Source: Gnetum montanum (Eukaryota > Plantae > Gnetophyta). Taken from it: 64,000 bases of DNA. This document shows positions 36,081 to 51,225 of this stretch, in pieces; position 1 is the first letter of the stretch, and every line of letters begins with the position of its first letter. The DNA lies in assembly GCA_015680685.1 (NCBI GenBank), contig MNCI01002112.1, positions 62,001 to 126,000 of the forward strand, given 5' to 3'. A program made the position numbers and the translations under genes. The notes beneath the pieces were generated by a model, which saw only the letters and a program-made list of their open reading frames with translations, was not told the DNA's origin and searched no databases.

Positions 36081-37280
36081 TGTGGATCAGAAACTTAGAA
36101 GGGGGGTTGAATAAGTTCCCAAATTAGAATTACTACAATCATCAAAATTGGACATAATTTTTATGTGGTTCCCCAACTTGGATATGTTCATACTTGAAGG
36201 GTATAATCCATGCATTCCTCCAAACTTTATTGCTCTAAAATGTGGTTTGAAAGACATCATACCCTTTACAATATTTAAGCTCTACTCTAGAGTGTTTCAT
36301 CACTACAAAAACACTCAACCCTGAAAGCTCTCAATAATCTCAAAATGTGGTTTAAAGGATCCCACAACCTTTAGAGACATGAACTTTACTTTGGAGTGTT
36401 TTTCCACTGCAAAAGCACTTAATCCTACAATGTCCTAACAACTTCAATGAAGATGCCTTCCCACAAGAAGAACATCAACCCTAGAGGGCTACAAGAAAGA
36501 AGGAAAGAAAAAGATCAAGGAGAAAGTGTAACTAAATTTACAGAGTTCTTGTAATCAAGCTCATAATGAATAAAATATACAAATGATAATACAATTAAGG
36601 ACATTCATAATATTTCTTCTAGTAGTGTTGAATTTGATTTCACAATGACAATTGAATGCACTATTCCCAAGAAATCCACTTAGTCTTATAGCCTTGGAGT
36701 TTTCAAAAACTCCTTGGAATTCATGCAATGACTATCAAATAGTTAGTATAGATCTCTACTTTGAAGATGAGACATCTATCTATGAATAGCCCCATCGCAG
36801 TGATCTTTATTAAAAAATTAAGACATTTACCTATATATGTCTACTCTACTAGATAGATGTTTACTTTTATGGTAATATGTTTACCCTCTATATACACTTT
36901 GAGACCTAGAGCATTTATGTGGCCTTCTAGCTTTTTGATAGTCCTTGGAACATCTTTGTTTGGATTGTAGATTTCCTTAACATCCATGCTCTTATTTTAT
37001 CTACTTAGTATTCATTTCAACATTTCATCGTGGATCTTGTTCTAATTTAAATCTTGTTTTGAAGTCTTATATCTCCATTTGAAGTTCTTGGATTACTCTT
37101 TCATGGTCCTACAAAGTCACAACTACACACACATTATACATTCTCTATTTTCTCTAAGGTTTTCATATAATAGAAGGTTAAAAATATTCATCTTTTAGGT
37201 GATGTCAAAAACGTAAGAAAATGTGTCAGTATATTCCATGAAAACTATAGGAAAATCAATTATTTCAATTAAACATTTTA
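36081..37280 (-). repeat. 3' LTR of the SIRE-like copia element
   Basis: Bounded by the PPT at ~37281 and the CA end at 36081, which interrupts the gypsy RT. Confidence 0.6.
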
Positions 37281-37429
37281 ATCTCTCCTCCTTTTTGAAC
37301 ATTAACAAAAAGTACAAGAAAAATCTCCCAAAATATATGCAAGAAAGTTTATGTGTTTTTAATTTTTAATTTTTATATTTATGAGTGTCTTTGTTTTATT
37401 GGGAAATAAGGAAAAATACTTACATGATA

Positions 37430-38950
37430 GGACAAGGTCCTATCCCCATGTCTTTAGAGACAGTAGTAAATCATTGTTCATCAAGAGGCTTAGTGAAAGC
37501 ATCTTCAAGTTTATTTTCTTTCCCAATGAATTCTAGCTTTACATGTCTAAGTTGGATGTGTTCTCATATAAAATGATGAAAAATTTCAATATGTTTAGCA
37601 CAAGAATGTTGAATAGGATTATTTCTCATGTTGATCACATTGCTATTGACACAAAAAATTAGAGTATATTAGAATTTAATTCTTAAATCCTTAAAATTTT
37701 CTTTCATTCATAAAATTTGAGCACAACAACTTCCAAATGAAATGTACTCTACTTCTACTATAGAGAGTGCTATGGATGTTTTTTTTTGTTACCCAAGAGA
37801 CAAGACTTTTTCCTAGAAAAGTAATTTCCATATGTGCTTCTATGATCATCTATACAACTTGCCCAATTTGCATCAAAATACCTAGTAAGATCAAGTGGGG
37901 AGTCCTTTGGATACCAAAGTCTATAGTTAGTAGTACTTTTTAGATAATGAAAAATATGTTTAACAAAATTTGGATGAGAATCTTTGGGATTTTCCTAATA
38001 TCTTTAAAACATTAATACACTTAACGATATATCTAGCCTACTAGCAATTAAATAGAGTAGTCTACTTATCATACCTATATAGAGCTTAAAATCGGTAGGC
38101 TTTTCTTGATCATCTTTGGTGAGCTTAAAATTTGCTACCATAGGATTAGTTTTTGTCTTCACATTTGCCAAGTTGAATTTGAGTAGAATATCTTTGATGT
38201 AATCAATTTGAAAAATGAAGGTTCCATCTTTTCTTTGATTGATTTGAAATCCAAGAAAATTATTGAGCTCTCCCATCATGCTCATTTCAAATTCTAATTA
38301 CATAATATCTAATAATTTCTTCCATAAAACATCATTAGTAGCTTTGAAAATAATATCATTGACATAAATTTATGCCATAAATAAATCATTACCTTCATTC
38401 TTGAGACATAAAGTAACATCAACTAGACCTCTTTCAAAGCCATTGGATATAAGGTGTAACGGAAGTCTTTCATACCAAGCTCTAGGGACTTTTTGAGCTC
38501 ATAGAGATCCTTCTTGAGTCTGAAAACATGATCAGGATAAATGGGCTCTATAAATCATTTAGGTTGTTTAACATATACCTCTTCTTTAATTTTTCCATTT
38601 AGAAAGGAACTCTTCACATCCATTTGATATAGCTTGATGTTCTCATTGCTTGCATAGGCTAGAACAAGTCTGATAGATTCATGTCTTGTAATGGAAGTAA
38701 AGGTCTTATCAAAATTAATTCCTACTTGTTGATTATAGCCTCTGGTGACCAGTCTTACTTTGTTCTTAATGATGTTACCATTTTCATTTTTTTTCTTTTT
38801 CTAAAAACCCATTTTATGCCAATGATCGATTTATGGTTGGGTTTAGGTGTCAATTCCCATACATCATTCCTAGTGCATTGATTTAGTTCATCTTTCATAG
38901 ATAAAATACATCCTTCTTCTCCTTCTACCTCTTTGAAATATTTTCCCTAC
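37430..38950 (-). pseudogene. pol: Copia RT-RNase H remnant
   Basis: ORF 38004-38285 (MSMMGELNNFLGFQI...LLYLIASRLDI), YQMDVKSSFLNG rc ~38595-38632, IYVND rc ~38355-38370. Confidence 0.88.
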
Positions 38951-39219
38951 CATATCTAGCATAGAGGAAATTAAGGGGCTAGTGTGGGTAAGGCTTGTTA
39001 CTAACTTTTCTAGCTTTCTAATTTTGGTAAAGGGGTAAACCCCCCTTGCCACTCAACACCCACCGCCCCCCTCCCCTTTGGCTGCCACTTACTAATTATA
39101 GAAAGTGCTCTATTTTTATCTATTTTTAAATTTCACTTATTAAGATTTACTTCTATTTTTTTTTATTTTATAGCCTATTTTAAGCCATTTTTAATGAAGT
39201 AGCCAAGTCTTTCTCATAG

Positions 39220-42200
39220 TCAACCCAGTTGCCTTTCACCCTCATTCGTGAAGGTCCTAGCCAATAAGCCATGAGGGTCTATGACCCCAAAGACCATGCT
39301 ATCATTGAATGTAGGTAGTATTTTGGGATTAGGAGGAAACCCCTTGACTTTGTGATCATAAATGAAGATTTCTATAACTACATTTGTAACAAAATGTAGG
39401 TTGCTATGCAAATTCCATGTTTGGAAGTAGAAGCCAAAAGGGAGTTCAAACTCATCCATTGCAATGACAAAGAGTACATCCCTTCCCCCTATGACCAAAT
39501 ACCTCTAAATTAAATCTATGTAGGTATCCTAGTCCAATTGATTGAGATGGAGAAAGAGGATGACAAGAATAGCTTAGAGGAATAATAGGAAGAGGAGGAT
39601 GAGTTTAGGAAAACATTTGAGCCCAAAAACATCTTGGAAGGATTGTTCCAAAAAACATCTCCCAAGGTCATAGTGCCTTCTCCCAATTCCTATGTTTTCT
39701 CCATGGTTATGATGCCACCATCTTCCACTCCCTCCTACCCTACTATGACTGATCCCATGTCAATCATAGCCATGCATCAAACTCAATCAATGCCACAACC
39801 AACAAACTATAACCCATTGATGCCATTTGTCATTCAACATCAATTTTTGTTATTATCAACAATGATTTTTACCATCATAAATCCACTAACTACCCATGTG
39901 GCATTCACCATTGGATTCCAAGCAACTCAAGGGTTACACACCGCCTTTATCTCATTTGTGCCTTAGGTATTGACACAAAAATCCTTTTCCTTATTTAACC
40001 CACAAAACATGACCATAATGCAATTACTTCCTTCAATCTTGCAAGAAATAGTAAGGCGAAAAGCCTCACAATAGATTCCACAACCATATGTACAAGCCCT
40101 ATAGCCAACAAGGTTATCACAGTGCTTGGATTAGGCCTTTTAAATGATCTAATACCTAACAGAGGAGTTAATGAGGCTCAAAGCCTCTACTTTCCAAGGT
40201 TTCAAGATTATGAACTTCTATAAGGATGATCCCATCAGTCCTGTGGTTCTACTTGACACTTCCTCTTGGTATCCCTATTCCCTAGTTCAATATATACAAT
40301 GGAGGAGGTAACCCCAATGCTTCCCTTATAACCTTCAAATCCATGTGCTTGCTATTATAGCCATGGACTAATACTATCATGAGGATTTTCCCTATGTCCT
40401 TGACTAGGAAAGCACTTGATTGGTACTACGCACTACCTAGAGGATCCATATCCTCTCTTGAGGAATTGATAGCCCAATTCATTAACCACTTCAAGTATAA
40501 TTTGATGTCCAATACCACACTTGACCATCTCATGAAGGTCAAGTAGAAATCCCTAGAACCCATATAGAAGTTCATCCAATGGTGGAATGGACAACTAAAT
40601 GAAATACCAAATCCTATAGCTAAAACACAAATTTTATTTGTATTTAAGGGGGTGGTTAATGACTTCATCAAGTCCAAACTTTACTACCTTGACCCATGGT
40701 CCCTTAGCCAAGAATTGTCTTAGACCAATAACATAGAGGACACTGTAGAGGCCAATCATGGACAAACCTACATAGCATACAAAAACAAACACACTTGAAA
40801 GGACAAAGAGAAGATAAAACATAACAATATAGTTGTAGAAACTATAGCCAAAGAAAAAAAACCACTAATCATGGGCCAACGAACAACCCACTCAAGATCC
40901 CCACTAATAGCCACAATAACCAATCATCAACCTCTAGTGCCACTGCATCAATTACAACTAGGCCAAATTTTAAGTGAAATGACCAAAGAAAATACACTAC
41001 ATTGCCTTTGAAACCATCCGAGTTGCTAGATCAACTATTGAAGAGTAGGTGCATGCAATACAAATAGATGACCAAAGCTGCTCAAAAGAAGCATGAGCAT
41101 CTAAGTGAAATATCCAAGTATCTCACTCAAGCAATGAAGGATGATCCACTTTTGCTACTATCACCAACTACTTGGTCATCACACAGACTTCTACCTTACA
41201 TTGGAGGATGACTTGTAGAAGATGATAGATAGGGGAGAGCTACCCTTACATGCTTCCAACCTAGTCTGATCATAAAACTAGTCAATGCAATTAAACAAGA
41301 AACCATTGAATGCTTATAACAATCCTTATGATATTTTAGCATTCAACATCAATGACTATCGAAGACTAGCTTAGGAACCATTTGTGATTTGGGTACCCCT
41401 TCATGATAAAAGAGCCTATTCAGTTTTTACTAGCCTAAGATCCTCTTTTGTTGTAAGAGTATCATCATGGGTGCCTCCAAGGGAACCTTTTATCATTAAG
41501 GTGGCCTAGCCTAACACAACCCCACCAACCTTAGCCAAACCAACTAATATGATCATACAACAAGCTTCTATGGTGGCCAATCCCAATCCCTCTTCCTCAC
41601 AACAAGTAATTAAAAACCAAAAGACTTTAACCAACCAAGGGAAGAAGCAGAAGAGAAAGTCTAGCAACAAGGGTGACAAGCAGATAGAGGCATGGAAGGA
41701 ATTGGGTCCATCTAAGCCCACTTCCATCTCATTAATACTCATGACCTCCCCTACCCAACCCACTTCAACTAACAAGCCATAAGAGGATCCTAAAGCCCAT
41801 AATCAAAACAAAGAGGAGAAGCCCATAATCTAAGGTTGAAGTTCACATGTTGGGGCACATGGAGGAAGTAAAGCACAACTAGGATGATAAACCCATGACC
41901 AATGATAAAAACGTCCTCAATGCGATGGATCATGTTTGACAATCTATTAAGTAAAAGAATATAACTTTGAGCTTGTATGACCTAATTATGACTTCTACCA
42001 CACATCGTGTGATGCTATTCAAAATTCTGGCTTCCATCCTCATTAGTGAGGATATCCCCACTAATGAGAAATCCATGCATGCAGTGATGGTTCCATCCTC
42101 ACCAAGGGAGGGAAAGTCAACACTCCTAGTATATCACAATAACAAAGTTAAGGCCAATCCATAAAATGAAAAAGTAACTAGGATTTCTCTGTGCATAACC

Positions 42201-42800
42201 ATATGTGTAGGATAGTTTAAAGTGCATCAAGTGCATGTTGATGATGGAGTTGCAACAAATGTCATCTCAGTCACCATCATTGAATGTCTAGGCTTAACAA
42301 AGCAAATACAACCTATAATAACTACAACTCTCAAATCCTTCAATGGATCAAGGATTACTATCAAGGGGTCTATCTCCTTGGACTTTGTTGTAAGAAAAAA
42401 ATTCCCCACAACCACCAATTTGTTGGTAGTGAAGGAGACACCAAGGTTAACCCTTATCCTAGGATTCATAAGCTACAAGCCATATCCTCACCCATCCATC
42501 AAGAGATTCATCTTCCTTATGAGGGAGGTGAAATCATCATCCATGGTGATAGTGCAGTTCCCTTAACTATCAGGAATGTAAAAATAGAGAGGGAGTTTGA
42601 ATTGGAGCTTCAAGAGAAAAACTTCCAATTATAAAATCCACCAACCCAAGAGAGAGGAGTGGCCCAAGATCAATGAAAATGGGCAATGAGATGTTTCATG
42701 GGATGAACTCCCCTTCAACATCATCAGTGTAGGGGATGGTAACTACAAATTTATGCAAAAAAGGCCTTATATGTTTGCTAACCTTTCAAAGCTTATGAAA
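39220..42800 (+). pseudogene. gag: Degenerate gag-protease (copy D)
   Basis: YNGGGNPN ~40295, KALDWY ~40410, NDFIKSKLYYL ~40660, VHVDDGVATNV ~42231, SPIHQEIHLPY. Confidence 0.85.
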
Positions 42801-43499
42801 GTATGCATAAGTAACATGCACTCCTACTCCTTCTATGTTGTGCCATTATAACATTTATAGACATTTGTACCATAATAATTTATCCTAATTTTTCTCTTTG
42901 TTGACGAGTTATTTCCTTTTTTTCCCTATGTTTTATTCTACTTTTTATGCATATAGCCTAGAAGTTTATTTTATTTACATTTTCATTTATGATAGCCTTA
43001 TTTCCTTCTTTAATTTCCTTTTTTAGCATGATAAAAAGTAAAAATCCATAAAAACTTTAAAATATTGAAAAATATAAGTTTTTCTTCAACCACAATCCAC
43101 TAAGACTTTAAACTAGCAACACAACCTACCATGGCCTTAAACTAGCAATGTCTACCAAAAAAAAAAATATCTTGCACCTACCATTACCTAAAACTAACAA
43201 ATGTATCTTATATTATGTTTTTTTCTATCCTATTATCGCTTCTTTTGGAAATTTATTTTTACAACCAAAATTGTCAGCATAGGCATTCACAATACTTGTA
43301 ACATTTATAATGTTTACTAGAACAATACCTATAGCCAAAAGTGAAACCAAAAATTTAAATTTAAAATGTTTATAATGTACATAACCATGGCCACATTGTG
43401 CGGAAAAAATGTCAAAAAATAATAAAGGTCATCTATAACATAGTCTTGGCTAACCATAGGCATCAACATAAAAATAAAAAGAAATAGCCAACAAGAGGA

Positions 43500-46400
43500 A
43501 AATGGATGATGCTAAGGGGCATCTAGAGGAGAAAGTGGTGGGTCATTCCCATCCTCACCACTAGGACTACCAATGCCTCGTAATGCTTAAAATATCACAA
43601 ACATAGCTAATCAGTAACCAACAACCAAAAAATCATAAACTAAAACAAAATTAAACCTAAAATGCATCAAACCTATGGGGACTTTAGCTCCATGACTTCC
43701 AAAGGTAGATGTGGAAGGTCATCCTCTAAAAGATGGAGGATTTGGTCCTCCATCATATTGACCTAGTTAATATCCCTAAGATAAACATCAGTGAGGATGC
43801 CAATCCTCTCTACTATGGTCAAAGTAGGTGGCTCCAAGGTAATAGTAGCTATAAAGGTCTTACTAGCAATAATGGTAATTTGAGAAGAAGGAGATTTCTC
43901 CACCATGCAAGTACTCTCAAAAAGATAATAGGCACTCTTTGCCTAGATCCCTTGAATGAACAACTCTCTCTTACATTGTTCAATTGACTTCTCTTTGAGC
44001 CACTTGAGGTAGGCCTCATGATCAACCATATACTATCACTTATGATCCTTTTGTTTTGTACCCCACTCTAGGACCCAAGTTTAGTGATCTTTCCAATCAT
44101 CAATATTTTGAGAGATGAGGTCCATCTGCATCTACTTTTTAGCCATCTCACATGAGAGTGCTACCTTGTCTTGGATGGAATGCTAGTAGCAAGCCCATGT
44201 GATCTCTTTGGTCTAGAATTTCCTTGAGTTAGCCACTTAGGCCTCCACAAAGGCCTTGTGGTCGTAGAGCTCTCTAATAATCTCCTCATGCAATTGATTT
44301 TTCTTCCTCAAGGACACAACTTGCTCCCATAGGAATTCATTGGACCTATTTAGCTCCCATGAAGTTTTTGCACTTGACATTCCTAGATCAACAGTGGTCT
44401 CATACAACTTCAAGGGTACACTAGAGACATAAAAGGGAAGCTTTAGCAAGGAGTCAATCTCCATGTCTTAGCTAGGGTCCCACTCCATAGAAGCCACTAC
44501 AAAATCATAAATTACAATCATAAACATAGTATTAAATCTAAGATAGCCATAACATAAAAATTTTCACATAGAAAAATAACTAAGGCATAGAAAACAAAGT
44601 TCTTACTTATCTTGAGTGCAACTGGTCAATGATGTCCTTGCCATCCTGTGCATGAATTCCACCTCATCTAGGACCTCTACACATGATTTTACATAAAACT
44701 TAGGAACAATTTCTTGCATTGGTGGCTCGAGAACTTCTATAAGCATAATAATCATTGAATGGTTATGAAAAACACCAAACATAAAATAATAAGATATAAC
44801 AAGAAGCATAAAGATATTTGTATACTAGGCTCCTCCTTCTCTTCCTCTAGGATGATGATGGAGGATATGCCTAGTACTACCTCACTGAATGAGGCATCTT
44901 GATTAATGTTGGAAAACCCTTTAGCCTCATGCTATTGTAAGAATACCTTCTCTACATGCCTTTGTTCCTCCTCTACTATGGAAACTACATGTCTCTATCT
45001 TGGCCTTCGTTGCAGCTTGGGCTACTATGACCTAATGCTTTCCTATAGCCATAGAACATAGAAAATTTATTATTATTGTAAACTATAAGATAGCCATAAA
45101 AATGTTAAACATAGGTTAACCAAAACATAAATAAATCTTACTTGTGATCACCTACTATGATGACTTATGCTTAAACTTAAGCTTCTTTGGGATAGGCTAG
45201 TTTGATGCTAATGGTGTTTCCTCTATGGACCTCTTAAGCTTGGCCCTAGCCTCTCCCTTGGCTTATCTACATCATTGTTTGGCCTTTAGGAACTAGCTGG
45301 GATCATAAGATGCTCCTTCTCTAGGCTATCAGGGGATTTGCAACATATGGAATTAAAATTCTTGGTGGTAATGGATAGCAAATCATTCATCCCCTCTAGT
45401 GGGTTTTGGGCCTATACCATTGTATAAATGTGCTTTATCCAAGGCTTAGAAATTTGGTCTATGTCTTGGGCAACCCATTGTCCATTCCTCCACACCAGTA
45501 GAAACTCTATGGACCTCTTTAAGGAACCTACAAAACATGCATGTGGATTATGGTAGATGTGTCCTTGTGAAGTTTTTGAATCTCATCCTAGAACCCAATA
45601 GGCAAATTAAACGTCCATTTGAACCTAATTTCACCTATCAAGACCTTATTAATAGTTCATCCTTGTGCAATGCTGCTTATCTTCTTTTACGATAATATGG
45701 GAATTGAACAAAGGATATGAAGCCTTTGCATCAAGGTTCGTGAAGCTATCCATGGAAATTATAGAGTGGCCCATGCTAGCACCAAGCCACTTCAAAACTT
45801 CCTTACGATGGCATTATTCCTTCACTATTTTAGAGGAAATCTTTGCCCCATCAGTATGGATACCAAACAAGTTATAAAATGTGCCTCATTGATGGCTATG
45901 GTAATCAACGTCTCAAATGGTGGTGAAAAAGCAATCAACTTCTTCATTGAAGGAGTTGATGTTGTGTAGCATCTTAATGGTTGGAATAGAAGGGATAACT
46001 ATCATAAAAAAATCAAGCAAACATGCACACTCAATGTTTTCTTGAATGTACTTAGGTACCTATCTCTTTTTCCACTCCTGTGATGGTATCACCTCACCAA
46101 ACTTTAGGATGAGGGTATCCTCATGATGTCTTAGAAGTGGTAAGGTGACATCAATAGAGGTGGAGGGTCTTGAAAGACAACAACCAAACATTTATCATTA
46201 GCATAAGAAAATTTAATAATTGGTTAAAGTAATAGAACACATAGAATTTTGATAACCATAAAACTTTAGAAGCTATAGCCTTTATGTTTACCTTTCTTCT
46301 TTTTCTTTAGTTTAGTTTGAGCAAAGGTACCACCTACTAGAGTTTGATCCAAGGAGCTCTTAGAGCCCACCCACCAGTTGTGTATCATCCTCATCCACAC

Positions 46401-48760
46401 ACTTCTTGTAGATAAGGTTGAATCTACTGGTGTATTCATCAAAGTCCCTCCTTAACTAGTCATACACAATAGTTTTTATTTGGGAGCCCTTGGTAAATTC
46501 ATCTAAGGTAGTCTAAGCCATTTCCAAGGTTTGATCATTAGTGTTCAAGCCTTGATCATTGGCCTTATACCTACAAGAAGTTCATGAAATCGATGAAGTT
46601 GCAGAAGGTAATTTAGCCAAAAAAAGCCATATGAAACACTATAACAATCATGCTTACCCTTATAGATGGTACACAGTGCCAGGTGGATTCTAGAATAATT
46701 TGTGGACTCTATGTGACACCATAAAAGTATTTTCAGTATTATAGTAACTATACTCTAACATAGTTCAGATCTCCCCGACGTAGTGTGAAATAATCATGTT
46801 TATAGTTTCTCCTATTGTCTTAGGAGGTGGATTCTTATTAATAAACCTAGCAATTAGGATAGATGCCAAAGGTATTAGTGTCTCCACTATGACCCCATCC
46901 ACATCCATGGATAAGTATGACCACAACATCACATTGACATTTTGAAGGATGTAAGTAAGGAATTTCCTTGCTCCTAGCTAGAACTATAGTGAGACCTTAT
47001 TCAAGGTCATATTGGGTAGAGGGGTATTGGCATTAGGGTGGCCAATGTAGCATAGGATTCCCACTAACTTCATGATGATGAGTATGGATTTCAGAAAGAC
47101 CTTGCATGGAAAAACAAAACAACATTATACTAATCAAAATTTGTTAACAAATTTATAGAAACATCCTAGTCAAGGATGAAATTTTCTAAGATGTTTATTC
47201 AAATTTTCTTAATAAATTCATAACATAATTACAACCTTATATAGCCTCATACATTACCCAAAACATTATAGCTTAGTGATACATAGAAAAATTTAGAATC
47301 TAGAAAATAGTCATTAACATAAACATTACAAAAAATAGAAAAAATTACTTATAGCCTCAAAACCAAAATTTATAGCATGAAAAAAATTTCATAACATCCC
47401 CAAGGACATGGAAGCTAAGAAGATTAATATCTAGGCATGTCAACCACATCGAACTCCAAAGAGGTAAAGTGCTATAATTAGAATTTAACCTTATTTAGAT
47501 AGCCTTAACAAAAAATTCACTAAAAATTCATCTAAGCTCTAATTTCAATGATTCCACTACAGAAGGAATCCTAAATTATGAGCCTTACAACCATAGCCAT
47601 TACAGAAAATAAAAACATAACCACATTTATTGCAACCATAGTCAAAACTAGTAAAAGTCTTAGCCACCACCATTAACCCCATTTCATGCAGGATTTGGAG
47701 GAACTTTACAAAAAATTCATTTGAGCTTCAACAAAGTGATTTAACCATCATCTAAAAGCTTAAAGTAATTTGTATTTAACTTTTCTTATCAAAAATTAAA
47801 AATTAATGTTTATTCAAAAAAATTCATTAATTTGGATGAAAATCTTAAAATGGCACAAACCCTTATTTGACACAAGTTTAATGAAAAATTTATTTCTAAT
47901 CCAAACAAAGTGGTTCCATGTCTATTGGAAAGCTAAAGGAAAGACCCACCAAACCATAACAAAAAATTACACAAAAACCCTACCATTTACTTAGAAAAAA
48001 ATCATGAATCTAAAAGGAATTCTAAAAAGTGGCATAAAAAACCTAACTACACAACCTCATGAAAACAACCAAAACATTGTTGTTATTATCCCAAATTAAA
48101 TGAAAAAATATCCATTGGAAATCTTAAACATATGGTTACAAACCCATAACATCAAATTGTAAAAATATGTAGCAATTTTCATAGGAAAAAATATACAGCA
48201 TTGCTTGATTTTTCTATGCAAAAATCGCCAAAAAGCTAAAAATTTAGAAAACCTAACTTAACATAGCCATGAAACAAATAGCAAAAATAGCCAAAAAATT
48301 GATACCCATTTGAAAAACCTTCAAAATAAAGGGGTAGGATTGCATTAGAATAGAATTTTGATGAAACATTAACCCTAGATATGAGAAAAATGGCCCTATC
48401 CCAAAATTTATGAAAAAGCATGAAAAAAACAACCCTAATTTTAAAAATCAAATCTACCAAAGCCAAAGCAATGAAACAAACATATATCTATGTAGAAATG
48501 ACCAAAATAAGAGGTGGGATTTTGTTAGAATTTCTTTTACCCCTCCATTGTTATAGATCTAAAGAAAATGATCCCAAACATGGCTAGAAAAAGATAAGAA
48601 AAACAACCAGAAATGAAAGTAAAAATGGTTAGAACTACCTACCTCAGCATAGCCATGAATGAAGCCTAGATTGATATGGTTCTAGGTAACATTAATAGGT
48701 CCCTTGCATGCTCATTGATCTTTTGGGTTCTTGTATTTTGGCTCTTCCTTCCATGCTCCA
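43500..48760 (-). pseudogene. Antisense multi-exon cargo gene (copy D)
   Basis: Exon 2 reads ILIIMKLVGILCY...ARKFLTYILQNVNVMLWS...NTENTFMV...NPPGTVY, homologous to B. Introns occur at equivalent positions (e.g. ~46570-46657, 44497-44610, ~47101-48642). Confidence 0.72.
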
Positions 48761-49844
48761 TAGGGCAAATAACTAGATCAATGATGATAATGGTTGGAAT
48801 CTTAGAGTAATAAAGGTTTAACACTTGCTTCAGGGGAGATTGGATGTTTCCACACTAAAGGTTGGTTTTTTCTAGTACAAAAATCTCTCGTTGAGCTCTT
48901 CTCTAATTCCCTATTTTTCATAACAAAGATTATGGTTGAAACTTATGAAATTTCACAATAAAAACTCCATCAAAACCAAAATGCCCACCTCTCAACCTCA
49001 ATTGCCAATTCAATGCACTATAACTCCAAGTGCACTAAAGTGAGGGGGCAATGGGGGTGGGGGTGGGAAGTCTCTACTATGGTAGGATTAGTAGGAAACA
49101 ACTTCACTTTCCAAATTTTAAATTTTTTGGATGGTGGACCCCACCATACACCTTAACTCTTAAAATGAAAATTGCATAAACACTGGGTTTTGATCCTTTG
49201 AATACATAAAGCCATAACCAAACCTTAACTCCCATGCATCCACATTGAAGACATCATGCTGAGCATGTATACATGCCTCCCATTTTATAAAACCATTAAA
49301 ACATAACCTTTTACCATTTTTACTAGCCAAAACCTACCTCTTTTAACCTTAAGCTCCCAAGAGGGGTTAAACATGAAAAAAACTAAACAATTTTGGTTTC
49401 CATGTTAGGGCAACACTACCCAATGTGGAATAATGGAGTGACATCCATTCTTACTCATTGGCATCCATCTAGCGAAAGTTTGACCCCCGAAGTGGGTCCA
49501 CATGACCTAAAACCCCTCTAAGCACCCCTAGTAGCCCCAAAACCTCACCAAACCTAGTTGAAAGTGGTCAAAACCTTGGGATTTGGTAGTTCCATGTTGG
49601 GGAGAGCCCCATCTATGCTAAGCATCCTAGCCCTAGCATGGATGAATGGGGGCATAACCAAAATTACCTAAATTGACTACTTAGTAGCCATTTCTCAAAA
49701 CCTAGTACTCCCTCATAGTCTCCAATAGCCTAAATTGACCCTTAGATAGGTTAGTTGATCATCCATGGCTTGTTTCACATTACTGAATCTTCCCTTCATT
49801 CTATCTAGCATGGATCTAGTGTGAAAACCTAGGGGGTATATAAG

Positions 49845-51225
49845 TGTAGCAATAGAAAATGTTAATGGCTGGAAACACCGAGAGGTCTTCGGGCTCATAG
49901 CCTAACCCTGGATCTATGTGAGGGTCGTGCTAGAGAAAATGGATTCAAGGTGTCCTAAATGGTCTGGTCGATCAGACAGGGACTTAACCAATGTACAATA
50001 GCCCTTTTGCAAAGAATGATTTTGAATAAAACACCTTGTGGTAAAATAAAACAAAACATAATGTTCACAGTAGTAGAAACATGATAAAGCACATAACGGG
50101 ATAGTGGACACAATTGAATGCTTGACAATGCCAAAAAATAAATGTTGTAATAAAAAAAAAGATAGTTTGAATAGGAAGATGCACCGCCCCAAAAAAAAGG
50201 AGCATAGCTAATTCATATAGGTATACAAAGTGTACAATAGGCATAATGGGAGCATAGTCACAACCTCGGTGGTGTTGGGTTATGAAGTCTGGTGCTCACT
50301 ATGATGAACTATGCCTGCTAGGTTGGTAGTCACGGTGTACTGTGCGATGTTGTACAGGTTTGCAATGGGGCTACAGTGTACCACATGATGCTAGTGTGCT
50401 TCTTTGTTGGTATGGTGTGCTCTAGGTCTCATTCGCCCATGGAGATAGGTGCCAGGATGCCAAAGTGTCAAAAAAATCAAATCGAAGTGCCAACTACCAC
50501 TTTGGTGAAAAATGGAAGCCAACCCCCTTCTTCTCCCCCCCTTTCTTTAAAAGAGGACACAGGGGTATTTATAAGGCTAGGGTTAGCCCAAAATGCTGAT
50601 CAGGTGCCACATGGTAGTGCATAATAGGGTGTTACACTATGGTGTCGGGTGTTGCACTATAGCTTTGGGTGTTGCACTGTAGTGCTATGCTGCACTGTAG
50701 CGTTATGCTACATTGTAGCTCTAGGTGTTGCACTGTAGCGCTATGCTGCACTGTAGCATGGCAATGTGCTATGCTGCACTACACTACACAGCGTAGCAAG
50801 GAGTTGCATTTTAGTGCTATGCTACACCACAGTGCTACACTACATTGTAGCGTGGCAGTGTGCTACTCTGTGCTACACTACACAGCGTAGCAAGGAGTTT
50901 CATTGTAGCACTACGCTGCACTATAGCATGGCAATGTGCTACGCTACATAGCGTAGCAAGGAGTTGCACTGTAGCACTACACTGCACTATAGCATTACAC
51001 CACACTATAGCGTGGCAGTGTGCTACGCTGTGCTACACTACGCAGCATAGTAGGGTGCTAGAAAAAGTGTTGTCGTCCTATCACTTAGAACAAATTTTCA
51101 AGTCTAGCAGTTTGGTGCTGGCTACACTCAACATTTGGAAAAATATGAGCAAAGTGTCACTATTTTGACACTTAGAGCCAAATTTTTACTCGAGGTGCCA
51201 AGAGCCAAAATTTTGTGGTGTTTCA
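49845..51225 (-). repeat. Solo LTR of the A/B/C/E family
   Basis: The reverse complement starts TGAAACACC (51225), ends ATTGCTACA (49845) and contains the family motif AAGTCCCTGTCTGATCGACCAGACCATTTA plus TATAAA (rc 50568-50573). No adjacent PBS or PPT. Confidence 0.85.
50630..51060. repeat. GCTAC/GTAGC-rich minisatellite inside the solo LTR
   Basis: Repeated TGCACTGTAGCGCTATGC and GCTACACTACACAGCGTAGC units. Confidence 0.85.

Larger units (their letters stand above)
36081..38950 (-). mobile_element. SIRE-like Ty1/copia element, 3' half (RT-RH, PPT, 3' LTR)
   Basis: Copia RT MSMMGELNNFLG, AAAAAGGAGGAGAGAT PPT (rc ~37281-37296), LTR end TTATTCAACCCCCCTT...ATCCACA typical of SIRE LTRs. Confidence 0.75.

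Noticed and set aside
50669-51168. Cys/His-rich ORFs resembling metal-binding proteins
   Set aside because: They are translations of the GCTAC/GTAGC LTR minisatellite.
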